Counted from the stretch's first letter, positions 1 to 10,383 are shown. The stretch is DNA of 64,000 nt from Burkholderiales bacterium (GCA_046347985.1 JAXMFE010000002.1:384009-448008); one strand, 5' to 3'. The notes: a model not told the origin generated them from the letters alone. A program made the numbers and translations.

Positions 1-2
1 GC

Positions 3-605
3 GAGCAGACCCATCTGGTCCGTGTCGGCCGGGATCTGCTGATGCAGGCCGGTGCCGCCGAACCCCGCGCCTTCCGGGCCGGCAACTTCCAGTTCAATCG
101 CGACACCCTGGCCGCGCTCGAGCACCACGGGATTCCGTTCGACAGCAGCTACAACGGGTCGCTGTGCGCGCGCGCCCGCGACGTCTTCTCGGGCACCATG
201 GTGCTGGACGTCACGGCATGCGGACCGCAACTCCACGAGTATCCGATCGCGGTGTTCGACGACGGCACGGGCACCCTGCGCCACGTGCAGATCGGTGCCT
301 GCTCGTTTACCGAGATCGAGAGCCTGCTGTGGCAAGCCGCCGGACAGAAGCGGCAGTCCTTCGTGATCCTCTGCCACAACTTCGAGTTGATGAATCCGGC
401 GCGCACGCGGCAGGACACGATCGTGATGAACCGGTTCCGCAAGCTGTGCCGCTTCCTGGACCGGCATCGCGATTCCTTCCGGACCTGCGGCTTCCGTGAG
501 CTGCAGGCCCCGCGCGCGGCGGCCGCCCCCCCGATGCTGCGTTCGCCGATCTGGAAGACCGGTGCACGCATGCTCGAACAGTTCTATCGGCGCCGCTATC
601 GGTAG
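3..605 (+). CDS. polysaccharide-deacetylase-like protein, C-terminal part (5' end lies outside the window)
   Basis: Frame 3 is open from the window edge to the stop at 603-605. The sequence looks like a real protein (...FVILCHNFELMNP...RFRKLCRFLD...). The family call is from memory only. Confidence 0.45.
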   Translation, partial: EQTHLVRVGRDLLMQAGAAEPRAFRAGNFQFNRDTLAALEHHGIPFDSSYNGSLCARARDVFSGTMVLDVTACGPQLHEYPIAVFDDGTGTLRHVQIGACSFTEIESLLWQAAGQKRQSFVILCHNFELMNPARTRQDTIVMNRFRKLCRFLDRHRDSFRTCGFRELQAPRAAAAPPMLRSPIWKTGARMLEQFYRRRYR

Positions 606-689
606 CTCGCCGGCCGGTCCTCCGCAGGACGGTCGCAGCGCCGGAGGATTTTCCGTATTCTCCGGGCGGTCCACCCCTCAGGAGCCAGC

Positions 690-1412
690 ATGACCGCATC
701 CTCCGCCCTGTCCGAGTCCGCCCGGGAACTCTTCTCCCGCGCCACCACGGCCAGCCTGACGGCGCAACTCATCAAGCGCGGCATGCGCACCCGCGCGATC
801 CCGAACATCCACCCCGTCAATCCGGCCACGCCGCGCGTGTTCGGTCCGGCATACACGCTCCGGTACATCCCGATGCGCGAGGATCTCGGCGTCGGCGCCG
901 CGATGGCCGATCCGAACAACCCGCAGCGCAAGTCCATCGAGGTCACCCCGGCGGGTCATGTGCTGATCGCCGACACGCACGGCATGGACGTGAGCGGCAC
1001 CTTCGGCGACATCCTCGTGGCGCGCCTGCGCGTGCGCGGCGTGGCCGGCATCGTCTCCGACGGACCGATGCGCGACATCGCGGAACTGCGCAAGATGGAC
1101 TTCCCCGTGTTCGCCTGCGGCAACGCGGCGCCGCCCAGCTACGGCAGCATGATCGCCGTAGATGCGCAGGTGCCGATCGGGTGCGGCGGCGTGGCCGTCT
1201 TCCCCGGCGACATCGTCATCGGCGACCCGGACGGCGTGGTGATCCTGCCATCGGCCATCGCCGAGGACGTGGCGCGCGATGCCGTCGAGCAGGACCGCAT
1301 CGAGGCCTACATCCGCCAGCGCATCGAGAACGGTGACAGCATCGTCGGCGTGTATCCGCCCAACGAGAAGACGCAGGCGGAATACCGGGAGTGGTTGCAG
1401 GGCAAGGGATAG
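690..1412 (+). CDS. RraA-family protein (RraA / 4-hydroxy-4-methyl-2-oxoglutarate aldolase-like)
   Basis: 240 aa. ATG at 690 is preceded by GGAG. RraA-like core motifs are present: GDILVARLRVRGVAGIVSDGPMRD and GDIVIGDPDGVVILP. Confidence 0.75.
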   Translation: MTASSALSESARELFSRATTASLTAQLIKRGMRTRAIPNIHPVNPATPRVFGPAYTLRYIPMREDLGVGAAMADPNNPQRKSIEVTPAGHVLIADTHGMDVSGTFGDILVARLRVRGVAGIVSDGPMRDIAELRKMDFPVFACGNAAPPSYGSMIAVDAQVPIGCGGVAVFPGDIVIGDPDGVVILPSAIAEDVARDAVEQDRIEAYIRQRIENGDSIVGVYPPNEKTQAEYREWLQGKG

Positions 1413-1526
1413 CGTGTCCGCGTTGGCGGAGCGAGGCGCGTCCGCGGATTCATCGCCGACCGGTCGCGGTGGTCGGATGCGCCTCGCGCACGAGTGAATC
1501 GACCACCGCGGCGCGTCGGGCGCACC

Positions 1527-2678
1527 CTACCGTCGTTGGAGAAACTCCAGCAGCAGCCGGCTCACCGCCTCCGGCTGCTCCTGCTGCACCCAATGACCGG
1601 CGCCCTCGACGAGGTGGCAGCCGACCATCTTCGTGAACACGCGCTCCTGCATCGCCTCGAAGTCGTGCGGGCGCTGGTAGACGCCCCAATCGCTCTTGCC
1701 CGCAATGAACATCGACGGGATGTCGACGGTCTTGCCGGAGAACAGCCGCAAGTGCGCGAGGCGGTCCGGATCGGTGCCGCACCGGTACCACTGCAGGCCG
1801 CCCTGGAAGCCGACGCGGCCGTACTCGATGCTGTAGACCTCGAGTTCGCGATCGGGGAGCCATTGGTTGGCTGAGATCTCTGCCGGCGACGGCATCTCCG
1901 GCGCGACGGTCTCGGCCATGTTCCGGTCGAGGTCCATGATGTAGTAGGTGGGCATCCGCGCGAGTTCTTCCGCGATCCAGCCCTTCAGCCGGTACGGCGT
2001 GTTCTGCTTCCAGTCGGCGCTCTTGTGGTGGTAGTAGGCGCGCATGAAGGCGTGCAGTCCCTGCGGACAGCGGCGCATGTCGTCGTCGGCGTGACGCTCG
2101 GAGTAGTACCACTGGTAGTGCTTGCGCGGCCGCGGCAGCGCGGCGAGCGCGGCATGGATGTCGGGCGGCGGCGGTGCCGCGGGTTTGCCGTCGGTATCGA
2201 ACGGGAAGGCGGGCGGTCCGCCGAAGGGCGCACTCATGATCACCACCGACTTGAAGAAATCCGGTCGCGCGAGCGTGCAGTTGGCCGACGCCGGTGCCCC
2301 GAAATCGTGGCCGATCAGCGCGTCCACCTGGCGGTAGCCGAGCGCCGACACCAGCGCGATCGTGTCGCGCACGATGTTGAGCATGTGGAACGACATCACG
2401 TCGCCGTCGTAGTCGGGATCCCAGCCCGTGGTGCGGCCGTAACCGCGCTGATCCGGGGCGACCACGTGATAGCCGGCCCCGGCGAGCGGCAGCATGACCT
2501 TGCGCCAGCTGTAGGCGAGTTCCGGAAAGCCGTGCAGCAGCAGCGCCAGCGGGCGGCCGGGCGTCTCGTACCCGGCCTCGAGGATGTGCATGCGCAGGCC
2601 GTTCACGTTCTCGACGAAGCGGGAACGGATCCCCGGCGGCAGGACGTCGGCGTAGTCGAAAGTCTTCGCGGTGCTCAT
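1527..2678 (-). CDS. alpha/beta-fold hydrolase, epoxide-hydrolase-like
   Basis: Track ORF 1527..2837 was trimmed to the internal ATG at 2678 (MSTAKTFDY...). It carries the HGFPELAYSWR (HGxP) motif and the LIGHDFGAP nucleophile elbow. Its start lies 7 nt downstream of the stop of the upstream enolase-family gene. Confidence 0.75.
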   Translation of the reverse strand: MSTAKTFDYADVLPPGIRSRFVENVNGLRMHILEAGYETPGRPLALLLHGFPELAYSWRKVMLPLAGAGYHVVAPDQRGYGRTTGWDPDYDGDVMSFHMLNIVRDTIALVSALGYRQVDALIGHDFGAPASANCTLARPDFFKSVVIMSAPFGGPPAFPFDTDGKPAAPPPPDIHAALAALPRPRKHYQWYYSERHADDDMRRCPQGLHAFMRAYYHHKSADWKQNTPYRLKGWIAEELARMPTYYIMDLDRNMAETVAPEMPSPAEISANQWLPDRELEVYSIEYGRVGFQGGLQWYRCGTDPDRLAHLRLFSGKTVDIPSMFIAGKSDWGVYQRPHDFEAMQERVFTKMVGCHLVEGAGHWVQQEQPEAVSRLLLEFLQRR

Positions 2679-2685
2679 CGTTCGC

Positions 2686-3894
2686 TCACTTCCTGGCACC
2701 GTAGCTGAGCAGCCCGGTCTGGCCTTTGGGGGGATGCGCGCGCAGTCCTTCCTCGCTCGGTTCCGTGCCCCAGCCCGGACGGTCGGGCAGCACGAGGTGA
2801 CCGTCGACGATCTCGGGCACGTGCGTGAAGATTTCATGGTCCCAGGCGATGCGGTCGATGTCGGTCTCCATGATGCGGAGGTTCGGCACCGCCGCGGAGA
2901 AATGCGCGTTCATCATCGTGCACAGATGTCCGTAGAAGTTGTGCGGCGCGACGTTGACTTCGTGGGCATCGGCCGCCGCCGCGATCTTCATCGACTGCCA
3001 GGCGCCGTTCCACGGCACGTCGATGATGGCGACGTCCATCGCCTGCTCGCGGAAGTAGGGCAGGAACTCCTGCAGCCCCAGCAGCGTCTCGCACGAGCTG
3101 ATCGGATGCGGGCTGTGGCGGCGGATGTGACCGAGCGCTTCCGGACTGCGCGTGTCGATCTCGATCCAGAACAGGTCCAGATCCGCGATGGCGCGGAGGA
3201 TCTTGAGGTAGCCCTCGGTCTTCGCGTTGAAGTTGAGGTCCAGCAGGATGTCGATGTCGGGGCCGGCGCCTTCGCGCAAAGCTTCCAGGTGGCGCACGAG
3301 ATTGCGCAGGAGCGTGCGCTCGACATTGAGTCCGGGCTCGAACGGCACGCCGAAGCCGGGCCGCCATCCGCGCACGCTCGTGCCGGCCGCGTCGTACAGG
3401 AACAGATTCGTCTTCAGCGCCGTGAATCCCTTGTCGCGCACTTCGCGGCCGATCGCCCTCACCCCGTCGATGCCGGTGATGGGGGGCGAGTAGTGCGTCG
3501 GATGATTGATGCGCCAGGTCGCGCAATGCGACCAGTAGACGCGGATCCGGTCGCGGACCTTGCCGCCGAGCAGTTCGTAGACCGGGACGCCGAGCCCCTT
3601 GGCCTTGGCATCGAGCAAGGCGTTCTCGATGGCGCCCTTCGCGAGCGCCACGACACCGCCGCTCGCCGGCCGCGTCGCGCCGAGCAGGTCGGCCTGGATG
3701 CGTTCATGCGAACCGACCTCCTGCCCCACGACCCGCGGCGCCAGACGCTCGATGACGGCGCCGACGCCCGGGGCACCGAAGCCCTCGTCGTATTCGCTCC
3801 ACCCCACGATCCCCCGATCGGTGCTGATCTTGACGAAGTGGTAGTTGCGCCAGCCCGCATCGGCGGCGAAGGTTTCGATCTTCGTGACTTTCAT
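2686..3894 (-). CDS. enolase-superfamily enzyme (mandelate racemase/muconate lactonizing family, acid-sugar-dehydratase-like)
   Basis: 402 aa. The N-terminus MKVTKIETF...YHFVKISTDRGIVGWSE and the segment GLGVPVYELLGGKVRD are typical of this family. Confidence 0.8.
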   Translation of the reverse strand: MKVTKIETFAADAGWRNYHFVKISTDRGIVGWSEYDEGFGAPGVGAVIERLAPRVVGQEVGSHERIQADLLGATRPASGGVVALAKGAIENALLDAKAKGLGVPVYELLGGKVRDRIRVYWSHCATWRINHPTHYSPPITGIDGVRAIGREVRDKGFTALKTNLFLYDAAGTSVRGWRPGFGVPFEPGLNVERTLLRNLVRHLEALREGAGPDIDILLDLNFNAKTEGYLKILRAIADLDLFWIEIDTRSPEALGHIRRHSPHPISSCETLLGLQEFLPYFREQAMDVAIIDVPWNGAWQSMKIAAAADAHEVNVAPHNFYGHLCTMMNAHFSAAVPNLRIMETDIDRIAWDHEIFTHVPEIVDGHLVLPDRPGWGTEPSEEGLRAHPPKGQTGLLSYGARK

Positions 3895-3977
3895 TGGAAC
3901 GTTCCTCCCAGGTCCGGTCCTGCGCCGGCCCCCGTATCATCGATCGACGGCATCCGATCCCGATCCGAGGCAAGGAG

Positions 3978-4763
3978 ATGAGTATGACGGCACCGGCATA
4001 CGACTGGAAGGCACTCGCGGCAACGCTGGAACAGCGGCTGCGGCTGCGCGCATTCCCGTTCGGCATGAAGCTCTATCGCTCGACGGCGGAGATGGAGGCC
4101 ATCCCGAAGATCCGACGGCCGGGCGGCGTCCATACGCTGGATCAGATCGTCGCGCAGGCGGCGCGGCTCGGCTGGACCGTGGGCGTCACCGCGGAGGACC
4201 TGGTGGGCGATCAGTGCCGGTCGGTGGTGGGACTCGGCGGCCAGACCGAGGCCTGGAAGTCCGGCCGCCACATGACGGGCGTCTGGTACGCGACCGTGGA
4301 GGATGCAACGAAGCATCAGGCCGCGATGCACGTCGTGCCGGTCGGCACCTGCGAGGCGCTGGCCGTGTCGCCACTGGCGAGCGGCCGGCTCGATCCGCCG
4401 GACATCGTGCTCTTCTACGCCACGCCGGGCGCGATGATGTACTTCATCAACGGCCTGCAGTGGTCGGGCTACCGGCGCTTCGACTGGAGCGTGGTCGGCG
4501 AATCGGCCTGCGCCGATTCCTGGGGTCGCGCCCTGACGACGCGCGAGCCGAGCCTGTCGATTCCATGCTTCGCGGAGCGCCGCTACGGGGGAGTGCTGGA
4601 CGACGAGATGCTGATGGCCCTGCCGCCGGAACATCTCGGCCGGGCCATCGCCGGCATGGACGCGCTCGCGAGGAACGGTTTCCGCTATCCCTTCCCGCAA
4701 TACGGCGTGCAGCAGGACGTCCGCGCGGGCATGGCGGCCAGCTACCCCGACCGCGCTCCCTGA
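3978..4763 (+). CDS. DUF169 domain protein
   Basis: Track ORF 3894..4763 was trimmed to the ATGs at 3978/3984, just after AAGGAG at 3972-3977. The sequence resembles DUF169 (FPFGMKLY..., GESACADSWG). It is divergent from the enolase-family gene. Confidence 0.6.
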   Translation: MSMTAPAYDWKALAATLEQRLRLRAFPFGMKLYRSTAEMEAIPKIRRPGGVHTLDQIVAQAARLGWTVGVTAEDLVGDQCRSVVGLGGQTEAWKSGRHMTGVWYATVEDATKHQAAMHVVPVGTCEALAVSPLASGRLDPPDIVLFYATPGAMMYFINGLQWSGYRRFDWSVVGESACADSWGRALTTREPSLSIPCFAERRYGGVLDDEMLMALPPEHLGRAIAGMDALARNGFRYPFPQYGVQQDVRAGMAASYPDRAP

Positions 4764-4782
4764 GCGGTCCCCTCACCGGATC

Positions 4783-5520
4783 TCACTTGACGGTGTAGCC
4801 CCGTCCATCCAGGCAGGCCCCGAGGGCACGCTGGTAGTCGCCGCGCTTCTGCACCGCGATGCTGTCGGACACACTCGTCGCGAAGCGGGGGTCGTAGCCG
4901 GTCTGCCCCGTGGCCCAATCGCCGCAGGCGTCCCGGTCCGCGTTCGTCTGCTGTTCGCTTTGCCCGTTGCGCGGGTACACGAAGACGCGCTCGGCGGACG
5001 CCTGGGCGACGGCGGGCGGCGGCTGGGCGATCACGGCATCGGCCGGCGGCGCCTCGACGACGGTGTATCCGCCGGGACCGCGCAGGTAGTAGGTCTGGTT
5101 GGCGTAGTAGTACGGCGTCGGACCGACCCACAGGGTCGAATAGAACGGCGGCAGCGTCGAGACCGTCACGCCGAGCGGCGGCGCCACGACCTCGAATCGG
5201 CCCGGCACCATCGAGCGGTACCAGAGGCCGCTGCCGAAGTAGAAGCGGACGCCCCGATGCAGCACGATCTCGACCCCCAGCGGCAGCGCGCCGAACACGT
5301 AGCCGCGCGGCGCGTAGTAGCGATCGTGGTGGAAGCGCGAATCGAAATAGGCCCGGTCGCGGAATTCGCGCTCGCGGAATTCGTGGTCACGAAAGCGGTA
5401 GTCGTGCCCGCCGCGTCCCTCGTGACGGCCATCGGCCAGGGCGAGCGCCGGAAAGGCCGAGGACAGGATGAGCGTCAATGCCGCCGCACGGCGGCCCGCT
5501 GTCGCGATGAATCGTTTCAT
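4783..5520 (-). CDS. secreted hypothetical protein (signal peptide, His/Arg/Phe-rich repeat, Tyr/Pro-rich core, Cys-containing C-terminal domain)
   Basis: This is the internal start of track ORF 4783..6681 (MKRFIATAGRRAAALTLILSSAFPALALA...). The upstream part of that ORF is antisense to gdh and Arg-rich, so it is spurious. Confidence 0.6.
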   Translation of the reverse strand: MKRFIATAGRRAAALTLILSSAFPALALADGRHEGRGGHDYRFRDHEFREREFRDRAYFDSRFHHDRYYAPRGYVFGALPLGVEIVLHRGVRFYFGSGLWYRSMVPGRFEVVAPPLGVTVSTLPPFYSTLWVGPTPYYYANQTYYLRGPGGYTVVEAPPADAVIAQPPPAVAQASAERVFVYPRNGQSEQQTNADRDACGDWATGQTGYDPRFATSVSDSIAVQKRGDYQRALGACLDGRGYTVK

Positions 5521-5696
5521 GAGAGGTCTCCTGAGTCGCAGCGTCGCGTCCGTCGCGCGGCAGGGCCGACGACGCCTCCGTTGAACGCCGGATCGGCCGA
5601 TCGCTCCACGAGGTGCGGGAAGCTGCACGTCTGCCACAACGCGCCCGCGCCGGGCGCCGCCGACGTCGCCGGAAGACGACGTGGACGCACTGGTCG

Positions 5697-6986
5697 CTAG
5701 GGGTAGAGCCCGCGCTGCTCCAGCGCGCGGAGCACCCGCTCGCACGCCACCACGTAGGCAGCGGTCCGCAGCGGAATCCGCAGGGCGTCGTGGGTATCCC
5801 AGATCTGCTTGAACGCACCGGTCATGATGCGTTCGAGACGCCCGTCGATCTCCTCCTCGGTCCAGAAGAAGCTCGAGAAATCCTGCACCCATTCGAAATA
5901 GGACACGGTGACCCCGCCCGCGTTGGCGATGACGTCGGGCACGACCGTGATGCCGCGCTCGCCGAGGATGAGATCCGCTTCCGGAACGGTGGGACCGTTC
6001 GCCCCCTCCAGCACGACCCGCGTGCGCACCCGCCGTGCCCGATCGGCGGTGAGTTGCCCTTCGAGCGCTGCCAGGACGAGGAAGTCGGACCCGACCGCCC
6101 AGAAATCCTCGTCGGGAATCCGCTCGCCGGCCGCGAGCCGCGAGACGGTGCCGTGCCCGGACGACAGGGCCATCAACTCGCGCACGGGCAGTCCGTCGGG
6201 ATCGTGCGTCGTGCCGCTCGCGTCCTGCAGCGCGACGATGCGCGCACCGCTGGCGGCGAACATCTCGACCGCCGCCGACCCCACGTTGCCGAAACCCTGC
6301 ACGGCGACGCGCGCGCCTTCGAGCGGGATCCCGAGACGGCGCGCGGCTTCGCGACACACGACGAACACGCCGCGTCCGGTGGCTTTCACGCGCCCCAGCG
6401 ATCCGCCGAGTTCGATCGGCTTGCCGGTCACCACGCCGGAGGCCGTGCGCCCGACGTTCATCGAGTAGGTGTCCATCATCCAGGCCATGATCTGCGCATC
6501 GGTATTCACGTCCGGTGCGGGGATGTCCTTGTCCGGGCCGATGAGCATCCCGATCTCGCTCGTGTAGCGCCGGGTGACGCGCTCCAGTTCCTGCCGCGAC
6601 AGGTGCGCGGGGTCGAGCCGGATGCCGCCCTTCGCGCCGCCGAACGGCAGGTTGACCGCCGCGTTCTTGATGGTCATCCATGCCGCGAGCGCCATGACCT
6701 CCTCGAGCGTCACGTCCGGGTGATAGCGCACGCCGCCCTTGCCGGGTCCGCGCGCCAGGTTGTGCTGCACGCGATAGCCCTCGTAGTGCACCACCGTTCC
6801 GTCGTCGAGCTCGATCGGCACGTCCACGACCAGGCAGCGTTTCGGATGACGCAGCGTCTCGGCCAGCCGTGCGAGCGGACCGAGGTGAGGCAGCGCGCGA
6901 TCCACCTGCGCCAGGTAGGTCGACCAGGGCCCGCCGGATCGGGGACTCAGGTAGGACAACGCGGACGGGGGCGGACGGACATCCAT
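5697..6986 (-). CDS. gdhA: glutamate dehydrogenase (Glu/Leu/Phe/Val dehydrogenase family)
   Basis: Catalytic-Lys region FGGAKGGIR and Rossmann motif [11 protein letters not shown] are present. ATG at 6986 has GGAG 7 nt upstream. The track start at 7013 is a GTG 9 codons further up. Confidence 0.9.
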   Translation of the reverse strand: MDVRPPPSALSYLSPRSGGPWSTYLAQVDRALPHLGPLARLAETLRHPKRCLVVDVPIELDDGTVVHYEGYRVQHNLARGPGKGGVRYHPDVTLEEVMALAAWMTIKNAAVNLPFGGAKGGIRLDPAHLSRQELERVTRRYTSEIGMLIGPDKDIPAPDVNTDAQIMAWMMDTYSMNVGRTASGVVTGKPIELGGSLGRVKATGRGVFVVCREAARRLGIPLEGARVAVQGFGNVGSAAVEMFAASGARIVALQDASGTTHDPDGLPVRELMALSSGHGTVSRLAAGERIPDEDFWAVGSDFLVLAALEGQLTADRARRVRTRVVLEGANGPTVPEADLILGERGITVVPDVIANAGGVTVSYFEWVQDFSSFFWTEEEIDGRLERIMTGAFKQIWDTHDALRIPLRTAAYVVACERVLRALEQRGLYP

Positions 6987-7065
6987 GCGGCGACTCCGGC
7001 GGGCATCGATCACATCGATCGTTCTGGAGCCTACTACGACCGCAACGACGCGCCGCCGTTCCGCA

Positions 7066-8361
7066 TCAACGCCAAACGGACAAGGCGGCGACTCGCCGGT
7101 CGATCTCGTCCGTGAGGCGCCGGTAGGCCGGCGTGTCCACCCCGCCGAATCGCCGCTGGAACTCGGCCGCCGGCAGCGAGGCCGGCAGATCCCGCCAGTG
7201 CGGCATCAGGTCTGCCTCGCCCAGCCCGCCGGACACGCGGGACTGAAGCGTCGCGGCCGACTCGGATGCCGCCGCCCGTTCGCCGAAGCGCGTCCCGCTC
7301 CGATCGGCGGCGAGATCGTCGAACGAGAAGCCGCTGCCCGTGCGCGAATCCTCGAGTTCCTTGTAAACACCCACGGCGTCCGCGAGTGCGGTGTCGGCGT
7401 AGGCGGCGATCGCGGCCGAAACGAGAAAGTGCTGGGCGAGATCCGGACGTCCGTCGAGCGTGACGAACTGCCGCGGCGGACGCACCCAGTGCACGGCCTC
7501 GGGCACGACGAGCTTCAGGCTCTTGCGGAGCGCATGGAACATCGCGACGAGGATGGCCGCACGATTCTCGGCCACCGGGTCGCCCCCGACGGATCGTTCC
7601 GCAGCGTGCCGCATCAACGGCACCAGGATGTCCGGCAGCGACGCCTGCGTGCCCGCTCGCGAGGCGATGAGCACGTCGCGCAGGTGGGCCTGGGCGCGGC
7701 GCAGGCGTTCGCGATCCTCGACGTCCACCATCTGCGAGCGGATGTCGTCGGGCAGGCCGTCCCAGCGATACGTGATGTGCACGGCATCGCGAAACAGGCG
7801 GACGGTCCGGAGCGCATCGAGCCCGGCACGGACCTCGGGCGTCTGCCGCAGCAAAGCGAGCGCGGCGGGCAGGGCCGCTGCCGTGAGCCCGTCCGGAACG
7901 GCGATCCGCCCGAGCCCGAGGTTCCGGACCGCCGGCATGCCGCCGGTATCCACCAGGGTCGCCGACAGGTTGAGATGACGTCGCCCCCACCCGAGCGGAA
8001 CGCTCGCCCGCAGGTCGGCGCTGCCGTCGTCGAACGCGACCGTGGCGCTGCCCCGGAAGAAGCGATGCGCGACATAGTTGGCCAGCACGTCCGCGTCATC
8101 GGACCGCACGGTCAGCGACCCGACCGTGCCGCGCGCGACACGATACCGGTGGCGATCGACGATGTCCTTCACGCGCTCGACGTGATCCGGGGCGAGCGCC
8201 ACGGCGCGAACCACCGCGGGGTGATCGTCGGTCGCGAGCAGGAACACGGTCGCGACGAGGCCGACGAGGAACAGCACGAGGCCCGCGACGCCGCGGCGCC
8301 AGCGACGCCGCGTCACCGGCAACGCCTGCGGATGACCGGCCGGTGCGCGCGGGCCACGCAC
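7066..8361 (-). CDS. membrane-anchored hypothetical protein immediately downstream of the DegP-like gene
   Basis: 431 aa. GTG start lies 1 nt after the degP-like stop. One N-terminal TM helix ([20 protein letters not shown]). I recognised no family. Confidence 0.55.
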   Translation of the reverse strand: MRGPRAPAGHPQALPVTRRRWRRGVAGLVLFLVGLVATVFLLATDDHPAVVRAVALAPDHVERVKDIVDRHRYRVARGTVGSLTVRSDDADVLANYVAHRFFRGSATVAFDDGSADLRASVPLGWGRRHLNLSATLVDTGGMPAVRNLGLGRIAVPDGLTAAALPAALALLRQTPEVRAGLDALRTVRLFRDAVHITYRWDGLPDDIRSQMVDVEDRERLRRAQAHLRDVLIASRAGTQASLPDILVPLMRHAAERSVGGDPVAENRAAILVAMFHALRKSLKLVVPEAVHWVRPPRQFVTLDGRPDLAQHFLVSAAIAAYADTALADAVGVYKELEDSRTGSGFSFDDLAADRSGTRFGERAAASESAATLQSRVSGGLGEADLMPHWRDLPASLPAAEFQRRFGGVDTPAYRRLTDEIDRRVAALSVWR

Positions 8362-8362
8362 G

Positions 8363-9733
8363 CTACCCCTTGATGACCAGCGTGATCTCGAAGTCGCCCC
8401 GGAGGATGTTGAGGGCGAGCGGCCGCGGACTCGCCCGCATCTGCGAGACGAGTTCGTTGACGGTGGTGATCTTGCGGCGGTTCACGCCCACGATGAGGTC
8501 GCCGGGACGCAGGCCGTGATTCCACGCGGGACTGCCGCGATCGACCTCGACCACCGCGACGGCCTCGGGCCGGCCGCCGCGCTGCATGTTGCCGATGCGC
8601 GCGCCCCCCAGTTCGGCGACGGCCTGACGGTTGGACGCGTTGCCGGCCTGCGGGCTCTCGAGCGTCACCTTCGCGGTCTGCGCCTTGCCGTCGCGGAGGA
8701 ACTTGAGCTCCGCCACGTCGCCGTACGGAATCAGCCCGAGTTGATTGCGCAGGTCGGCCGAACCGCGCACCGGCCGGCCGTTGACCGACAGCACGACGTC
8801 GCCGCGCTTCAGTCCGCCCTTCTCGGCCGGTGCGCCGCCCGCCACCTCGACGATCACGGCGCCTTCGTTGGCCGACACCCCCAGCGCACGCGCGACGTCG
8901 GGGGTCGTGTCCTGGGCCGTGGCACCGAAGCGCCCGCGGCGCATCTCGCCGAAACGGATCAGTTGGGCGAGGACCTTCTGCGTCATCGCGCTCGGAATGG
9001 CGAAGCCGATGCCGACGTTGCCGCCCGTCGGACCGATGATCGCCGTGTTGATGCCGATCAGTTCCCCGCGCAGATTCACGAGCGCCCCCCCCGAGTTGCC
9101 GGGATTGATCGACGCGTCGGTCTGGATGAAGTCCTCGTACCCCTCGATGTTGAGACCGGTCCGGCCCAGTGCGCTGACGATGCCCGACGTGACCGTCTGG
9201 CCGATGCCGAACGGATTGCCGATGGCGAGCACGTAGTCGCCGACGTTGAGGGCGTCGGAGTCGCCGAACCTGAGCGCCGAGAGATTCTCCGGCTGGATCT
9301 GCAGCAGGGCGATGTCGGTGCCGGCGTCCGAGCCGACGACCTTCGCCTCGAACTGGCGACGATCCTTCAGCGTGACCATCACCTCGCGTGCGTTCTTGAC
9401 CACGTGGTGGTTGGTGACCACGTAGCCCTTCTGGGCGTCGATGATCACGCCGGATCCGGCCGCGGCCTGCGGCTGCTGGCGTTCGGGCAGGTCGAAGTAG
9501 CGCCGGAAGAACGGGTCGCGCAGCAACGGATTCTCGGACTCGCCCCCGCCGGCCAGCACGGCGATGTTCACGACCGCGGGCGTCACGTGCTGAAGGAGCG
9601 GCGCCAGCGAGGGCACCTGACCGCCGGCGGTCACCGGAGGTATGCCCGCTTCGGCGACCGGCAGGAATGCCAGGCACAGCCACAGGGCGAACAGGCGCCC
9701 GATCAGGGGACGAGCGATGGGGGGCATGCGCAT
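8363..9733 (-). CDS. DegP/DegQ (HtrA) family periplasmic serine endoprotease with two PDZ domains
   Basis: Signal peptide present. The catalytic triad context includes TDASINPGNSGGALVNLRGELIGINTAI. The C-terminal half is PDZ-like. Confidence 0.9.
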   Translation of the reverse strand: MRMPPIARPLIGRLFALWLCLAFLPVAEAGIPPVTAGGQVPSLAPLLQHVTPAVVNIAVLAGGGESENPLLRDPFFRRYFDLPERQQPQAAAGSGVIIDAQKGYVVTNHHVVKNAREVMVTLKDRRQFEAKVVGSDAGTDIALLQIQPENLSALRFGDSDALNVGDYVLAIGNPFGIGQTVTSGIVSALGRTGLNIEGYEDFIQTDASINPGNSGGALVNLRGELIGINTAIIGPTGGNVGIGFAIPSAMTQKVLAQLIRFGEMRRGRFGATAQDTTPDVARALGVSANEGAVIVEVAGGAPAEKGGLKRGDVVLSVNGRPVRGSADLRNQLGLIPYGDVAELKFLRDGKAQTAKVTLESPQAGNASNRQAVAELGGARIGNMQRGGRPEAVAVVEVDRGSPAWNHGLRPGDLIVGVNRRKITTVNELVSQMRASPRPLALNILRGDFEITLVIKG

Positions 9734-9756
9734 ATCGGGGAAAGGGAAATTGCCCC

Positions 9757-9784
9757 GAGGATGCGATCCCGACCCGCGAAGTTC
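9757..9784 (-). promoter_or_regulatory. candidate RpoE/ECF-type promoter upstream of the DegP-like gene
   Basis: The minus strand reads GAACTT-N17-TCCTC (perfect -35 GAACTT at 9784..9779). degP is a classic sigma-E target. The -10 matches only in its TC. Confidence 0.3.
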
Positions 9785-9915
9785 AAGAGCCGGACGGCGC
9801 CGGATGCGCCGACGGACGTCACGCGTTCGGGTGATGCGGGCATACGGGCGGGGCCGCTACCTTGCGTCTACCACCGACCGGTGGCCGATCGTTTCGTACA
9901 CAAGGAGAAACCCCG

Positions 9916-10383
9916 ATGAAGACCCTCCCCCGCCTCGCCCTCGCCCTCGCCGTCCTGACGTCGTCGGCCGTTTCGTTGTCAGCCGCCGCGGCCGACGTCG
10001 CCAGGGTGCAGCTGCGCGCCTGTCCCACCGGTGTCGCCATCGGTGAAGTCGGTTCCTGCGGCAAGATCTGGAAGCTCGCCAACGGCGACGCGTCGCTCGA
10101 CGGGTCCGGCAGCCTGAAGATGAACGTGAAGGGGCTCGTGCTGAACGATCCGACGACCGCGGACTACAACGGCACCCCCGACGGCGTCGCCCACGTGGTG
10201 GGCTCGGTGCTCTGCAATGGCAGCGTCGCGGCGCAGACGGAATGGGTGCCCATCTCGAAGGCGGGCGACGCGAAGATCCACGCGAAGCTGTCGCTGCCCG
10301 CGTCCTGCATCGCGCCGACGCTGCTCGTGCGCGAGGTGTGGGACGGCAAGGTCGGCGGCTGGCTCGCCGGCCCGGGGTTCTGA
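9916..10383 (+). CDS. small secreted hypothetical protein (4 Cys)
   Basis: Internal ATG at 9916 follows AAGGAG at 9902-9907. Signal peptide MKTLPRLALALAVLTSSAVSLSAAAA. Confidence 0.6.
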   Translation: MKTLPRLALALAVLTSSAVSLSAAAADVARVQLRACPTGVAIGEVGSCGKIWKLANGDASLDGSGSLKMNVKGLVLNDPTTADYNGTPDGVAHVVGSVLCNGSVAAQTEWVPISKAGDAKIHAKLSLPASCIAPTLLVREVWDGKVGGWLAGPGF

